Source: Pachysolen tannophilus NRRL Y-2460
Taxonomy: Eukaryota
Direction: 5' to 3'
NCBI GenBank assembly: GCA_001661245.1
Contig: KV454015.1
Span: 980,924 to 1,044,923, forward strand
DNA length: 64,000 nt
Of the stretch, positions 10,540 through 22,330 are shown piece after piece. Position numbers and translations under genes: made by a program. Every line of letters starts with the position of its first letter. Position 1 is the stretch's first letter. Under the pieces are notes generated by a model that was not told where the DNA came from, made no database searches, and saw only the letters and a list, made by a program, of their open reading frames with translations.

Positions 10540-11769
10540 ATGCTAAGGTTGAATTCTGTTAGTTCTAGGATTCGGATCCTTGTATTTGCTGCATTTTTAA
10601 TAACTATTAGTTATACTTTTACTTCGATATTTTCTTCAGAAAGGTCGTCGTTGTCTTCCTCCTCATCATCAAATTCAAATTCAAATTCTCTTGGTAATAT
10701 TGTATCAAATCTGGTTAAAAATAATCAACCATTTGGGAAAAGTGGTGTTGATAATGTTGTTTCTGATACTAGTTTAACAAATTCAAATGAATATCAAAGA
10801 GAAAATGCTACTTTTGTTACATTATGTAGAAATTCTGATCTTTGGCAAATGATGAATGCAATAAAGAGAATAGAAGATAGATTTAATAGGAAATTTAAAT
10901 ATGATTGGGTTTTTTTAAATAATGAAGAATTTAGTGATCAATTTAAAAGATTAACATCATCATTAATAAGTGGTACAGCAAAATATGGAGTGATTTCATC
11001 TGATCATTGGTCATATCCAGATTTTATTGATCAAGAAAAACTGAAAAAATCAAGACAAGAAATGGAGAAAAAAGGTATTATATATGCAGGATTAGAAAGT
11101 TATAGACATATGTGTCGTTTTAATTCTGGGTTTTTTTATAAACATCCTTTAATGCTTCCATATAAATATTATTGGCGTGTTGAACCAGATATTAATATTT
11201 TTTGTGATGTTGATTATGATTTATTTAAATATATGCGTGAAAATAATAAAACTTATGGTTTTACAATTTCAATATATGAATTTAGACTGACAATTGAAAC
11301 TTTATGGTCTACTACAAAAGAATTTTTATCAAAATATCCAAAATTTGTTGCTCAAAATAATTTAATGAATTTTATTTCTGATGATAAAGGAAATGAATAT
11401 AATTTATGTCATTTTTGGTCAAATTTTGAAATTGCTGATATGGATTTTTGGCGTAGTGAAGCATATGAAAAATATTTCCAATATTTAGATAATTCTGGAG
11501 GTTTTTTTTATGAAAGATGGGGGGATGCTCCAGTACATTCTATAGCAGCTGCTCTATTTTTATCAAAAGATAAAATTCATTTCTTTGATGATGTAGGTTA
11601 TAATCATGGAGTATATTCAATGTGTCCTATTGATGAAAATTTAAGAATGGAAAAAAAATGTTATTGTGATCCAGAACAAGATTTTACATTTAGAGGATAT
11701 TCATGTGGTAAAAGATACTATGATGTTATGAATTTAAAGAAACCTGACAATTGGGAAAAATATACTTGA
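10540..11769 (+). CDS. Second KRE2/KTR family (GT15) mannosyltransferase
   Basis: Same GT15 motifs ([36 protein letters not shown]); aligns along its length with 6323-7606. Confidence 0.92.
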   Translation: MLRLNSVSSRIRILVFAAFLITISYTFTSIFSSERSSLSSSSSSNSNSNSLGNIVSNLVKNNQPFGKSGVDNVVSDTSLTNSNEYQRENATFVTLCRNSDLWQMMNAIKRIEDRFNRKFKYDWVFLNNEEFSDQFKRLTSSLISGTAKYGVISSDHWSYPDFIDQEKLKKSRQEMEKKGIIYAGLESYRHMCRFNSGFFYKHPLMLPYKYYWRVEPDINIFCDVDYDLFKYMRENNKTYGFTISIYEFRLTIETLWSTTKEFLSKYPKFVAQNNLMNFISDDKGNEYNLCHFWSNFEIADMDFWRSEAYEKYFQYLDNSGGFFYERWGDAPVHSIAAALFLSKDKIHFFDDVGYNHGVYSMCPIDENLRMEKKCYCDPEQDFTFRGYSCGKRYYDVMNLKKPDNWEKYT

Positions 11770-12110
11770 AGGGGTTAAACCAAAAAAATCAATTTAAAAA
11801 TTATAATAATAATAAAAAAAAAAAAAAAAGAAAAGGGTTTTGTAGATTATTTGATAAGCTATATAAAATATATTGTTTACTCAATTTACTGGAGTCTATC
11901 TTGTTATATATCATATTTAAGATTTAAAAAATATTACTAGATTATTTAAACAATCATAATAATACAACGGAATTAAAGCAAATAATTATTTTTTTATTAT
12001 CTATATATATATAGATATAATAAACCTCTTAGATGAAGTTTAAAAAAGTTTATTTTACTTTTTTTATATCCGTCTTTGTTACCTCATTTACCATTAATTC
12101 TCCTTTTGTT

Positions 12111-13179
12111 TTAAAATTGCAGTTGCAGTTGCTGTTGCTGTTGTTGCTGAGAACCTACACTATGAGTAGGAATTGGCTGACTATTTAAAGGATTAGTAAA
12201 CTCGTTAAACCATGGGTGTTGTAACAGTTGTCTAGCACTAATTCTCAGTTCTGGTCTCATTTGCAATAAACCTTGTAATAAATTTAACAGTAATGGATCA
12301 ATACCTGGAATTATAGATCTTAAATCTTGAGGAATAAAAACATTGAAATTATTTTTGAAATTTGGATATTGAGAAACACCTGGCCAAGTTCTTTCGTTTG
12401 GCGTCCCCATTATTCTGAAAATTTTTAATAATTGGTCATCATTCGAATTACCAGGAAACAAAGGTTTACCAGTAAACATCTCTGCTAATATACATCCAGC
12501 CGACCACATATCTATCGAAGTTGAATAATTACGCGATCCCATAAGTACATCAGGAGCACGATACCATAAAGTAACAACCTCATTACTAAAAGTGTTCACA
12601 GGTATACCAAAGGCACGCGCAAGCCCAAAATCACCAAGCTTCAATTCACCTTTATTATTAAGTAGCAAGTTTTGAGGTTTTAAATCTCTATGTAATACTC
12701 TGTTATCATGACAAAACATAATTCCTCTTAATAGCTGAAACATTAAAGATTTAACAATTTGTGGATCTAAAGCACCACTATTATTATAACCACTACTATC
12801 CATATACTGTTTCAAATCCTGATCCATATATTCAAAAACTAAAGTTAATTTGTTTTCCGTATGAATAACATCATACAAAGTAACCACATTTTCATGCTTA
12901 AGCTCTTTCATTAATGAAATTTCTCTTATCGCAGTAGATGGTGTACCTTCTTCAGAATCTAAAGAAATCTCCTTCATAGCAACAAGTTGACCAGTACCAC
13001 GGTTTCTACCTTTATAAACAGTAGCATAGGTACCTTCACCTAGTTTCTCTAACTGTTGAAATCTAAATTGAAATAAATACCAAAAAGAAGCAAGATAGAC
13101 GTGTTAGCTATTATACTTAAAACCCAAAAATTTGATATAATATTTATATATTTTAAAATACTCACTGAGAGGATGACAT
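12111..13179 (-). CDS. PHO85: Cyclin-dependent kinase Pho85; exons 13179-13166 and 13062-12111 (321 aa)
   Basis: Spliced N-terminus [33 protein letters not shown]; intron 13165-13063 with GTGAGT donor, AGCTAAC branch and TAG acceptor. Confidence 0.96.
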
Positions 13180-13464
13180 AGCATTAAATGACTAAATACA
13201 AATAATGTTATTTCCAAACCAATAATAAACGAAAAACCCTCAATGAATTCAATACAATTATTCAAAAATTCAATTAAAAATTCAAGTATTTTGAAACCAC
13301 TTTTTTTATCTTTGCAATTTTTAAATTTTTAAATTTTTTTTTTTTTTTTTGCTTCAAAATGGAAATTTTTTTCATCTTGAGATGGTTTATAAAGAGATTT
13401 TTAATAATTTACTTTTTTATCAACTGGCTGGATCAAACGAGGTTTTGAATTAGGTTAGGTTCTC

Positions 13465-15222
13465 ATGTCTTCATCACCTATGAGTGCAGCTACTGGGAGT
13501 GATGAAACTCCCAATATTATAAATGAGGAGTCGGTATTGGGTCCAGAGTGGTGTGGTGTATTTGAATCTACTGTTGATTTTAAACAAAATCATTTTGAAG
13601 TTGCCATGTCAAATTTGATAAAGCAGCCGAATATTAACTCAACTGTGATATTGAGAACTGATATCTTAAAAGAGATAGGATATGATAATGAACTGGAAGG
13701 AAACCCGGTTGTAAAAGATTTTTTGGATAAAGAGTTGATTAATAGTAAACCTGAATTAGAGTTACTGGATGGTACTACAAATAATGAGAGCAGTGTTTTG
13801 GAAAAAAATTTGGATGATTTAGAAATTAGAGAGATTCCATGTTCATTACCACTCATACCGAAATCTAAAATTGTTAGAAGAATAATACCGAGAAATCCTT
13901 TTAAAGATTTTATTATAAATCAAACATGTCTTGTATTGACCAATAATAACGAGCAATGTACTTTGGTTGTATATATTCCTCACATTGATAACGAACAAGA
14001 TTCTCCTTTTTATTTACCTCCAGTGTATGCAGTTGGTATATTGTTCATGAAGGATAAATTATCATTACATTATTTGCCTTTTAATTATACCGTTCCAGAG
14101 CTGTTAATAAAATTGAAAAAATTAGAACCTAGTGAAAGACCAATAAGAATTGCATTTAGATTGTTACAAACAGCTAAGAAACATTCTACAGGTGTGATGA
14201 ATGGATATCAAAAAAGAGTACAGCATGATTTGGTTGTTTCAAAAGTTCTGTTTCAAGATAGATATATATATCTTAAAAAAAAATATTGCAAAGAACTTGT
14301 TGAAAATTGGTGTGAATCTACTGATCCTAAAAAACATGTTTTTGAAGATATAGCAATTGCAGCTTTTTTAATAGAATTATGGATCAAAATTTATAATAAT
14401 TCTAAAGATTCCTTTGAATTTAGAGATTTAGGGTGTGGAAATGGATTATTGGTACATATTTTAACATTGGAAGGATATAAAGGAATTGGAATTGATGCAA
14501 GAGCTAGAAAATCATGGAAAAAAGCTTATCCTGTAGAAGTTCAACAGAAGTTAAAAGAACAAGTCGTCATACCGTCGGTATTACTCAGACCCCACCCTGT
14601 TTTTTGGAAAATGAATCCACATATCCAAGATAATGGAAGAATATTTCAAATACCTATAAATAATAACAATAATCATGGCAACCTGCATAACAGAAAAAAA
14701 TCTGAGAATGGAAATGATGATATTGATGTTCCAATAGTTGTACCTGATGGTAATGTACCTATAATGGCTTATTATTCTTCAGCAAACTTGTTACAATCAC
14801 CTCAGGTAAACACCGCAGAATTTCCAAAAAACACCTTTATTATAGGAAACCACTCGGACGAATTGACCTGCTGGATTCCATTATTAGGTTATCCTTTTAT
14901 GGTTATTCCATGTTGTTCACATGCATTGAATGGTGCGAGAGTGCGGTATACCCCGTCGATGAAAAAAAGAAATATCCCAGGTAGTTCATCAACATATGCA
15001 TCATTGTGTGACAAAGTAGAACAAATTTCTGAAATGGTGGGCTGGAAAGTACAACACGAGATGTTACGAATTCCTTCGACCAGAAATATGGCAATAATAG
15101 GATATGAAAAATTTAGAGGAAATTTTTATAATATTTACGATGTATTAGCTATGGAAGGATCTGCCGAAGGTTGGGTTGAAAATTCTATGGCATTGATGAA
15201 AAGAGCGCCTAGAAATCATTAA
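13465..15222 (+). CDS. TRM44: tRNA(Ser) Um44 2'-O-methyltransferase
   Basis: ESTDPKKHVFEDIAIAAFL, DLGCGNG, GNHSDELT, PCCSH and LRIPSTRN; divergent from PHO85 as in S. cerevisiae. Confidence 0.93.
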   Translation: MSSSPMSAATGSDETPNIINEESVLGPEWCGVFESTVDFKQNHFEVAMSNLIKQPNINSTVILRTDILKEIGYDNELEGNPVVKDFLDKELINSKPELELLDGTTNNESSVLEKNLDDLEIREIPCSLPLIPKSKIVRRIIPRNPFKDFIINQTCLVLTNNNEQCTLVVYIPHIDNEQDSPFYLPPVYAVGILFMKDKLSLHYLPFNYTVPELLIKLKKLEPSERPIRIAFRLLQTAKKHSTGVMNGYQKRVQHDLVVSKVLFQDRYIYLKKKYCKELVENWCESTDPKKHVFEDIAIAAFLIELWIKIYNNSKDSFEFRDLGCGNGLLVHILTLEGYKGIGIDARARKSWKKAYPVEVQQKLKEQVVIPSVLLRPHPVFWKMNPHIQDNGRIFQIPINNNNNHGNLHNRKKSENGNDDIDVPIVVPDGNVPIMAYYSSANLLQSPQVNTAEFPKNTFIIGNHSDELTCWIPLLGYPFMVIPCCSHALNGARVRYTPSMKKRNIPGSSSTYASLCDKVEQISEMVGWKVQHEMLRIPSTRNMAIIGYEKFRGNFYNIYDVLAMEGSAEGWVENSMALMKRAPRNH

Positions 15223-15328
15223 TCATGAAAAGCAAGTAACCAACCAACAATAGACATATAAATATAGTAAATAAATAAAAAGTCTATTACTTCATTTCTA
15301 TATAAACAACTAAACAGTAAACTAAGCT

Positions 15329-17563
15329 TTAATTTCTACCTTTGCTTGCCACCTTCTTTCTTTTTCTTTTCAGACCAATAAGCTTCTTCACATCATCACT
15401 AACACCTGACTTATCTTCAGAAACGTTTTCAACATGGTTATTCGAATTCTTCTGGCCTTTGTTCATATTACCTTTATTATGATTTTTCTTCTTTAGTTGT
15501 GTCTTTTGCTTTTTATTAGTGAAACCTTTAACATCATTATCTTCTTCTTCATTAGAATCACCACGTCTTCTCTTAGTAGCACTTTTTTCATCGTCATTTC
15601 TATTATTTTTAGCATTCAAAATTTTATTTGATCTTCTCTTTATAACTTGTGCATTTTCAATTGCAAACTCTACAATCAATCTTCTTTTAGTTGATCCTTC
15701 TAATTGAATATATTTTTTCTCTTCCTCATCTAGCCCTTCTAGGATTTCTTCTTGAGACACTTCATGTGCATTCAACCATCTCAATCCCATTAAAGCAGAT
15801 TTATGATCTCTAAATTCCAAGAACCCATATCCTCTCGATCTACCTGCGGTACCTGAACCTTTAACCTCCATTATGATTTTAGCTTGTCTTACAACACCTT
15901 TTTTCTTGGATTTCTTACTTTCCTCACCGTTTTCGTTTAGTTCTCCAAGGAAATGCTTATATTTAGTGGATCTTATAATCTCTTCTTTAGAAAGTGGATG
16001 TCTCTTACCTTCTTTTAGTTCCTTGCTGAATTCCACAACAGCTTTTCTTCCTAATGCTTTAAGCGATTTTTCTGTTAATGCTCTTGGTAAGTTTCTGAGT
16101 GCTAATCTTGTCAAAGATACATGTAAAGTTGGATTCTTGTTCAACTGTTGAACTCTTAATTTATAGGACTTTTCTCTAAGTTCTAAATCTGTCTTTGAAA
16201 TAAAAGATGATAACTTTGAATTCAGAGTAATTCTACCTTCATTTAACAAGAACAAATTACGTTTATCTCTTTCTCCTGGTGCTTTTCCTAATATTTCTGA
16301 TCTTCTTTCTGCATTTTTTGACGCTAAACCTTCAGCAGCTTGTCTATTAACTGTAGGTGTTATAGATAGGATACGTCCTTCGTATACATATAATGGAGAG
16401 ACATCATCTGAAATCAAAATTGATGTTGCATTGGCTTCAGGGGCATTACTAAGAACTTCATTATAAGTTTCTTCTTGGTAGAATGCAACAAATGCTGTAC
16501 CTTTTGCAAGTCCTGTAGTTTTATCAATGACAGGTAACGCATATTTAACTGGTCCAAATTGTTCAAAATGTTCTTTTAACGATTCTTCAGTAGCATCATA
16601 AGGGATATTTCTAATAAAAATAGAATAATTTTCCAATTTATTCTTTGGCTCGGGCTTCTTTTGTTCATCTTCATCATTTTCAATTTCAACCTTATCGAGA
16701 TCATTCAAATCTTCTAGTTCTTGTTCAGTTGCCTCTGTGTTTTCATCCAGATTATCATCATCTTTAGAATCAGACTCCTCTTCCATATCATTTTCGGATT
16801 CACTTGAAGATTCGTCCTCACCAGCATTACCATCATCATTATCTTTTTCTTCTTCCTTAATTTCTGGTTGGTTTTCTTTTACATATTCTTCCCATTTATT
16901 TTTTTCAATTGCAAAATCAACAGCAACTTCTCTACCGTCAATTTTTAAACCTGCACTTTCCTTGATAGCCTTTTCAGCACTAGCATTTTTCTTCATAGTG
17001 ATGAATGCGAATCCACTCATTCTACCACCATTTTTTCTTGGAATTATAACATCTGTTATAGCACCATATTTACTAAAAATTCTTGATAGTTGTTCCGGTT
17101 TCCTTATTGACCACGGCAAGTTTCTCACAATTAATCTTGCTTTTCTTTTCTCTACAGCTTCACCATGTGGCTCCTTAATAGCCGGCGAGCCTGATGATGT
17201 CTTTTCATGTTTACGATCTCTTCTATTGGCAATATCAACTCTCAATAATCTACCTTTCAATTTTGTCTTTCTTGATTTCTCCAATGCAAGTTTAGCATCA
17301 TCATCTAAAGCAAGTGAAACAAACCCAAAGCCTCTAGAGTTCTTCTCTCTATCAGTAACAACAACTGCATGCTTAACTGGACAAAACTGAGAAAAGAAAT
17401 CCGACAATTCTTCAGATGTAACATCAAACGGAATAGAACGTACAAATAATGTCTTCTTATCAACTAAATCATCTTGCGACGCACTTTTTTCTTTTATTTC
17501 AGAAACTGTTGACCTCTCCCCACCATTCGCATTCACAGAAATAAATTCTTCCTCTTCTGACAT
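15329..17563 (-). CDS. NOP4: Nucleolar multi-RRM protein Nop4
   Basis: Four RRMs ([37 protein letters not shown]), acidic linker and basic tail. Confidence 0.95.
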   Translation of the reverse strand: MSEEEEFISVNANGGERSTVSEIKEKSASQDDLVDKKTLFVRSIPFDVTSEELSDFFSQFCPVKHAVVVTDREKNSRGFGFVSLALDDDAKLALEKSRKTKLKGRLLRVDIANRRDRKHEKTSSGSPAIKEPHGEAVEKRKARLIVRNLPWSIRKPEQLSRIFSKYGAITDVIIPRKNGGRMSGFAFITMKKNASAEKAIKESAGLKIDGREVAVDFAIEKNKWEEYVKENQPEIKEEEKDNDDGNAGEDESSSESENDMEEESDSKDDDNLDENTEATEQELEDLNDLDKVEIENDEDEQKKPEPKNKLENYSIFIRNIPYDATEESLKEHFEQFGPVKYALPVIDKTTGLAKGTAFVAFYQEETYNEVLSNAPEANATSILISDDVSPLYVYEGRILSITPTVNRQAAEGLASKNAERRSEILGKAPGERDKRNLFLLNEGRITLNSKLSSFISKTDLELREKSYKLRVQQLNKNPTLHVSLTRLALRNLPRALTEKSLKALGRKAVVEFSKELKEGKRHPLSKEEIIRSTKYKHFLGELNENGEESKKSKKKGVVRQAKIIMEVKGSGTAGRSRGYGFLEFRDHKSALMGLRWLNAHEVSQEEILEGLDEEEKKYIQLEGSTKRRLIVEFAIENAQVIKRRSNKILNAKNNRNDDEKSATKRRRGDSNEEEDNDVKGFTNKKQKTQLKKKNHNKGNMNKGQKNSNNHVENVSEDKSGVSDDVKKLIGLKRKRKKVASKGRN

Positions 17564-17658
17564 CTTACAAACTCACTATATTCCTAGTAAACAACGTCTC
17601 ACTGATAAAGAGATAAATTTCTCTTCTCTACTAATAATAATAAAAAAAAAAAAAAAAG

Positions 17659-17698
17659 TGAAAAATTTTTTTTTTTTTATTATTAGCTGCAAGATGAG
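17659..17698. promoter_or_regulatory. RRPE + PAC elements (ribosome biogenesis regulon) upstream of NOP4
   Basis: TGAAAAATTTT at 17659-17669 and GATGAG at 17693-17698. Confidence 0.7.
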
Positions 17699-17992
17699 AT
17701 CCAACCCAAAGAAAAGTAGTGTACAAAAACAACAATTTGCAGCAACTTTCCTCATACAAAATTGAATTTAATGGAACATATCGATATTGAAGAAAAGGTG
17801 TTTTGATATGGAGTTTTATGTTGTCAGATAATTTAGCAATTTAAGATAATGCACCAGTAGCAGCTATTAAATTAATCAATTTCAATACTTACATGTTTTT
17901 TCATTAAAGGCCGAAAGTCAACAGACCAAAATTTCTTCACACTGCGCACATAGATAGTTTAAAATTACCGGTTTAGGAAAACAAAAAAAAAG

Positions 17993-18055
17993 TGGTGTAA
18001 GTGGTGTGAATGGTGTAGATGGTGTAGATGGTGTGAGTGGTGTGAGTGGTGTATG
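17993..18055 (+). repeat. 9-bp minisatellite (TGGTGTnnn) x7
   Basis: tggtgtaag tggtgtgaa tggtgtaga tggtgtaga tggtgtgag tggtgtgag tggtgtatg. Confidence 0.9.
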
Positions 18056-18200
18056 ATGTTTTTATTTTCTTTATTTTTTCCGTAGTGTCTGGGGTTTATA
18101 CCACGTTAACAGTAAGAAATAATAACGAACAGCGCAAATACCATTTAATACTCATGAGGTTTCATGATCTGTATTCATTTTGTTCTGGAGTCAATTCATT

Positions 18201-19760
18201 ATGTCGACTTTAAAAGAAAGGAAAGAGGCATTTGTCTCTGATCTTACTGGTGGATCTGTTTTTGAGATTTATAAAGTCACTTCTGTGACTTTAGTTTCAT
18301 ATCTGTATTATTTGGCTTTACGTGATAAGAAAGTCATAAATGAAAATTCAATTTTTGCTCAAATAGCTGATTTTTATTTGAATTGGATTTTATTATTGTT
18401 AAGTGTTACTGTTTACAGTTCAAATACGGAGAGATTGGTGATTTCACTTATACCACTCTTATTTTTATTATTTTTATGTAATCCAAGTTCAAATGATGAA
18501 AAGACAAATATAACTCGCAAACAGAAAATTGTGAAAGTAAATTTAAAAGATTTAACGTTAAAGGAGTACTTACCGTATAAGGCTTTTATAACGGTTTATA
18601 GATCTCAGATGATGGTCATAACTTGTATTGCCATACTTGCTGTGGATTTTAAAACTTTCCCAAGAAGATTTGCTAAAGTAGAAAATTGGGGTACATCGTT
18701 AATGGATTTAGGTGTAGGATCTTTTGTATTTAGTATGGGATTGGTTAGTTGTAGAAATATTCTCAAGAAAAATTTTCAAAATGAAAAGACAAATGGGATT
18801 ATTAAATTGTTTCAAAAATCTATATGGGATACTATACCGGTATTAATCTTGGGTATAATTAGACTTATTAGTGTTAAATTGATTGGATACCAAGAACATG
18901 AATCAGAATATGGAACTCATTGGAATTTTTTTTTTACATTAGGTCTATTACCTTCTTTTGTAACGTTAATATCACCATTAACAAAGATTATTCCTAAGTT
19001 TTATTTAAGTATTATCATTGGTCTTGTTTATGAGTTGACCTTAATAAACACAGAGTTACTAAAATATATATTAGTTGCTCCAAGAGTCGATTTGATCAGT
19101 TCAAATAAAGAAGGAATATTTAGTTTTATTGGTTACCTTGCTATTTTTCTTTCAGGACAAAGCTGTGGACATTACGTATTACCAAGTATTCTAACTTTGA
19201 AAAACTTTCATGGTAAAGAAATCACCAAAAATGATATTTTAAAAACAAAAAATACAAATTCAATCTTTACAGTATCACCTGTAAAAGGACTACTTATTTC
19301 AACAATTATTTATCATTCATTGTACTATGTTATCAATGTTTGTTATACGTATTCAGTTAGCAGAAAATTAGCTAATTTCTTATACATATTATGGGTATGT
19401 GCCTATAATACAACTTTCTTGTTGGGTTATTTGTACGTTTCAAATTTTTTTTGTAAAGATGACTATAAATTTGAGTATATACTGGGAAATGATGATATTG
19501 TTTCTAATGACCATGAAGAAATAGAGACACTGATTGAGAAAATTTATTTTAAAAAAACACCGAAATCATTACATTCAGTTAATGCGAATAGTTTGTTAAT
19601 TTTTTTAGTTTCCAACTTATTAACAGGACTGGTGAATATGACTATAAATACTTTGGATTGTAACAACTACTATGCAATACTAATATTGATTATTTATTGC
19701 TCTACTTTAAGTGTTCTTGCAAATTTTCTTTATAAGTTTAACATAATCATTAAATTATAG
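18201..19760 (+). CDS. GWT1: GPI inositol acyltransferase
   Basis: ATG at 18201; MSTLKERKEAFVSDLTGG, ILAVDF, FPRRFAKVENWGTSLMDLGVGSF and EYGTHWNFFFTLG. Confidence 0.96.
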   Translation: MSTLKERKEAFVSDLTGGSVFEIYKVTSVTLVSYLYYLALRDKKVINENSIFAQIADFYLNWILLLLSVTVYSSNTERLVISLIPLLFLLFLCNPSSNDEKTNITRKQKIVKVNLKDLTLKEYLPYKAFITVYRSQMMVITCIAILAVDFKTFPRRFAKVENWGTSLMDLGVGSFVFSMGLVSCRNILKKNFQNEKTNGIIKLFQKSIWDTIPVLILGIIRLISVKLIGYQEHESEYGTHWNFFFTLGLLPSFVTLISPLTKIIPKFYLSIIIGLVYELTLINTELLKYILVAPRVDLISSNKEGIFSFIGYLAIFLSGQSCGHYVLPSILTLKNFHGKEITKNDILKTKNTNSIFTVSPVKGLLISTIIYHSLYYVINVCYTYSVSRKLANFLYILWVCAYNTTFLLGYLYVSNFFCKDDYKFEYILGNDDIVSNDHEEIETLIEKIYFKKTPKSLHSVNANSLLIFLVSNLLTGLVNMTINTLDCNNYYAILILIIYCSTLSVLANFLYKFNIIIKL

Positions 19761-19915
19761 ATATTAATGTATATAGAGCTCTATCAAATTAAAATTAAAT
19801 GTATATGATAAATATATATTTATATATTCATAAATGTATTGCTTTCAGTGTGTCTGTCATATGACTAATTAACCTTTCCCTTAAAACCCAATCCCTTCAT
19901 CATCATTAATTCTCC

Positions 19916-20446
19916 TCATATACTTAAAGTGTCAAATTTATTTTCCAATTCAATTTCTACCAAAAACTTTTTAACTTCATTTTGGAGCACAGAATAATTA
20001 TTAATACCAAATTTTTTCGAAGCCTCAATAGTTAAATATTCAATATTAACTATCCTCTCATTATGATCATTCACAACAATCAATCTGTTACTCAAAAACT
20101 TTTTAAAATTATTATTTATATAAATGGGTATCAATGGAACATCCTTTATGCAATGTGATTTCTTTAACTCTTTACCCCGTGTGGAAGCCGATTGATCTAC
20201 ATCCATCAAATCATCATCCTCATGCAATTCATTAAGTATCATGAATCTCAATATTATTTCTAACTCTTCCATAGACCTGCTCAAATTGAAAGAGTGTGAA
20301 TTGAAATAATCCAAAATATCAAAATAATTTTTATTTACCCATGCCGGATTATTCAAAAAGTTTTCAATATAATATAGTTCATAAAACTTTAATGGCGCCT
20401 TTAAAGTGCTATTCAAATGAAATATGGTCGGCGTGGTCAGTGTCAT
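19916..20446 (-). CDS. Hypothetical protein, 176 aa
   Basis: ATG-initiated ORF filling the GWT1-CHL4 interval with protein-like composition; family not recognised. Confidence 0.6.
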   Translation of the reverse strand: MTLTTPTIFHLNSTLKAPLKFYELYYIENFLNNPAWVNKNYFDILDYFNSHSFNLSRSMEELEIILRFMILNELHEDDDLMDVDQSASTRGKELKKSHCIKDVPLIPIYINNNFKKFLSNRLIVVNDHNERIVNIEYLTIEASKKFGINNYSVLQNEVKKFLVEIELENKFDTLSI

Positions 20447-20610
20447 GATTAATAAATCATCAACAGATTGTTAAATATCAGATAAAGGTATTTAAAAATA
20501 AGTTTGTTTACGTAACATGCAAAAAAAAAAATAAAAATACCAAAAAAATAAAAAAATATTATTATTATGCAAACAATTAGAATGAATTGAGTTAAATTTA
20601 CCTGATTTTT

Positions 20611-22059
20611 TCAGATTAAAGAGCCGCTACCAGTTTTTTTACTATTGCTATCAAATTCCACATTAACGTACTTATTTCCATTCTCTCCAGTTAGCCATCC
20701 GGGCATCTTTACAGGATCAAGTATTCCCTTTACTGCTAATTCATGTAGACCTCCAAATACGTCATTACCGTCCATTCTTATATCAATTGAAGGACCTTCA
20801 GCTTCTCGTCCATGCTCAATTTCCGGTTCCAGTTCCAGCTCCATCTCCAGAGCTAACTCTGTTGCTGGCTGAAGGTACTTCAATTTGAAATGCACAGATT
20901 GGACTGGTGCAATTGACTTATATGGATTAATCTTGGGTTCTTCCTGTTGCTCTTCGTTATCCTCTACATCATCGTTTTCTCCTTCTCCCTCATCATCTTC
21001 GTTCTTTGCTGCAATTGATTTTTTGATTTTCTTTCTCAATGGTCTATCATCTTCAAATAATCTTTCCGATTCTAAAGGAAGTTCCGTACCTTTAAACCTT
21101 AAGTTAGCTATTTTTCTTCTCTCAATTAAAGCCATATTCTCATTTTCATTTCCCACTACAGTTGAATCATCATATATCCTACTTTTATTAACTTCAAAAT
21201 GATCAGTAGTCTTTCCAAAGGGAGAAATATCAACAGTTCCATCAGCGTAAGGTGCCCAGCTACCCAAACAATTACTAAATCTAGAATTACCTTTGAATAA
21301 AAACATTGTTTCTAATGTTTTCACAGAACTTTCATCGTCATCTTTAAACAATCTCACTTGCCGTATTGAATTTGATAAACAATTTTCAATGGACTGTAAA
21401 ACTAATGATGAGACTAAATCATTTTCATTTTCAATAGAATGAATTATATGTGGTGAATTTAATGGGATAGCCAAGAAAAAGGGCCTTCTAGAAACTATTA
21501 TATGTTTATGTCTTTTACCACCACTATAAGCCGGACTGATTGAATAATCAAATACTTGAATTCTAATTAAAATCAATGGATAATGTGGATGTTTCGAAAT
21601 ATAAATATGAGATAAATATAAGTTTGACAAGTTTTTTATTAAATCATTCAAAAACTTTTGAGAGTTCAAATTTATTATAAAATTCTTGGAGTTATGTGTA
21701 GTCTTCGCAGTCATTGAACACCAATTATTGAAATTTAAAGGTTTATCAATTAAATTTTGAATATCAATTTGTGAAATTTGTAATAAATTTAAACCTTTAG
21801 ACCAATATTCAGATAATATGTTATCAATTAATTTCCTCTTGGATTTACTACTCGATAATTTTTGTTGCATCTCTAAAATCTCTTGATACACTTCATCTGG
21901 GTTTTTCAAAGGTCTCGTTATAGTTGACCATTTACACCAAAATAGACATAAATCAAAAAGTGAATTTCTATTTAACTTCAATAATATCTTGGAAGTAACC
22001 AACGGAATTGTTTGTGGAATATAAGTATTGGACAATATCCCTCTTCTATGAGGTGCCAT
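20611..22059 (-). CDS. CHL4: Kinetochore protein Chl4 / CENP-N
   Basis: ATG at 22059; YWSKGLNLLQISQID, ILIRIQVFD, LGSWAPYADGTVDISP and GNDVFGGLHELA motifs. Confidence 0.88.
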   Translation of the reverse strand: MAPHRRGILSNTYIPQTIPLVTSKILLKLNRNSLFDLCLFWCKWSTITRPLKNPDEVYQEILEMQQKLSSSKSKRKLIDNILSEYWSKGLNLLQISQIDIQNLIDKPLNFNNWCSMTAKTTHNSKNFIINLNSQKFLNDLIKNLSNLYLSHIYISKHPHYPLILIRIQVFDYSISPAYSGGKRHKHIIVSRRPFFLAIPLNSPHIIHSIENENDLVSSLVLQSIENCLSNSIRQVRLFKDDDESSVKTLETMFLFKGNSRFSNCLGSWAPYADGTVDISPFGKTTDHFEVNKSRIYDDSTVVGNENENMALIERRKIANLRFKGTELPLESERLFEDDRPLRKKIKKSIAAKNEDDEGEGENDDVEDNEEQQEEPKINPYKSIAPVQSVHFKLKYLQPATELALEMELELEPEIEHGREAEGPSIDIRMDGNDVFGGLHELAVKGILDPVKMPGWLTGENGNKYVNVEFDSNSKKTGSGSLI

Positions 22060-22198
22060 TTTCTCCAAAAAGCTTTAACCTCCTAGCTTTATATATATAT
22101 ATCTATATATATATAATTAAAAGTATAAATGAATTTAAATAAATTTCCATATATTTAACTTTTGTTTACTATTAAATTTTTTTTCCATAATAAAAAAT

Positions 22199-22204
22199 AC
22201 GCGT
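22199..22204. promoter_or_regulatory. MCB element (ACGCGT) upstream of CHL4
   Basis: Exact ACGCGT in AT-rich DNA about 140 bp upstream of the ATG. Confidence 0.5.
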
Positions 22205-22330
22205 TTATATACACAAACAATAATACCAATAAATTCTAAGAATGTATTGATGAATTGACTACAATATATATATAGATATATATAGATATAAATAGATATA
22301 AATAAAGATATAGATATAGATTGAGGTATC

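Noticed and set aside
17993..18055. Repeat-spacer pattern as a CRISPR-like array
   Set aside because: Eukaryotic context, 6-bp core with 3-bp spacers, and no cas genes
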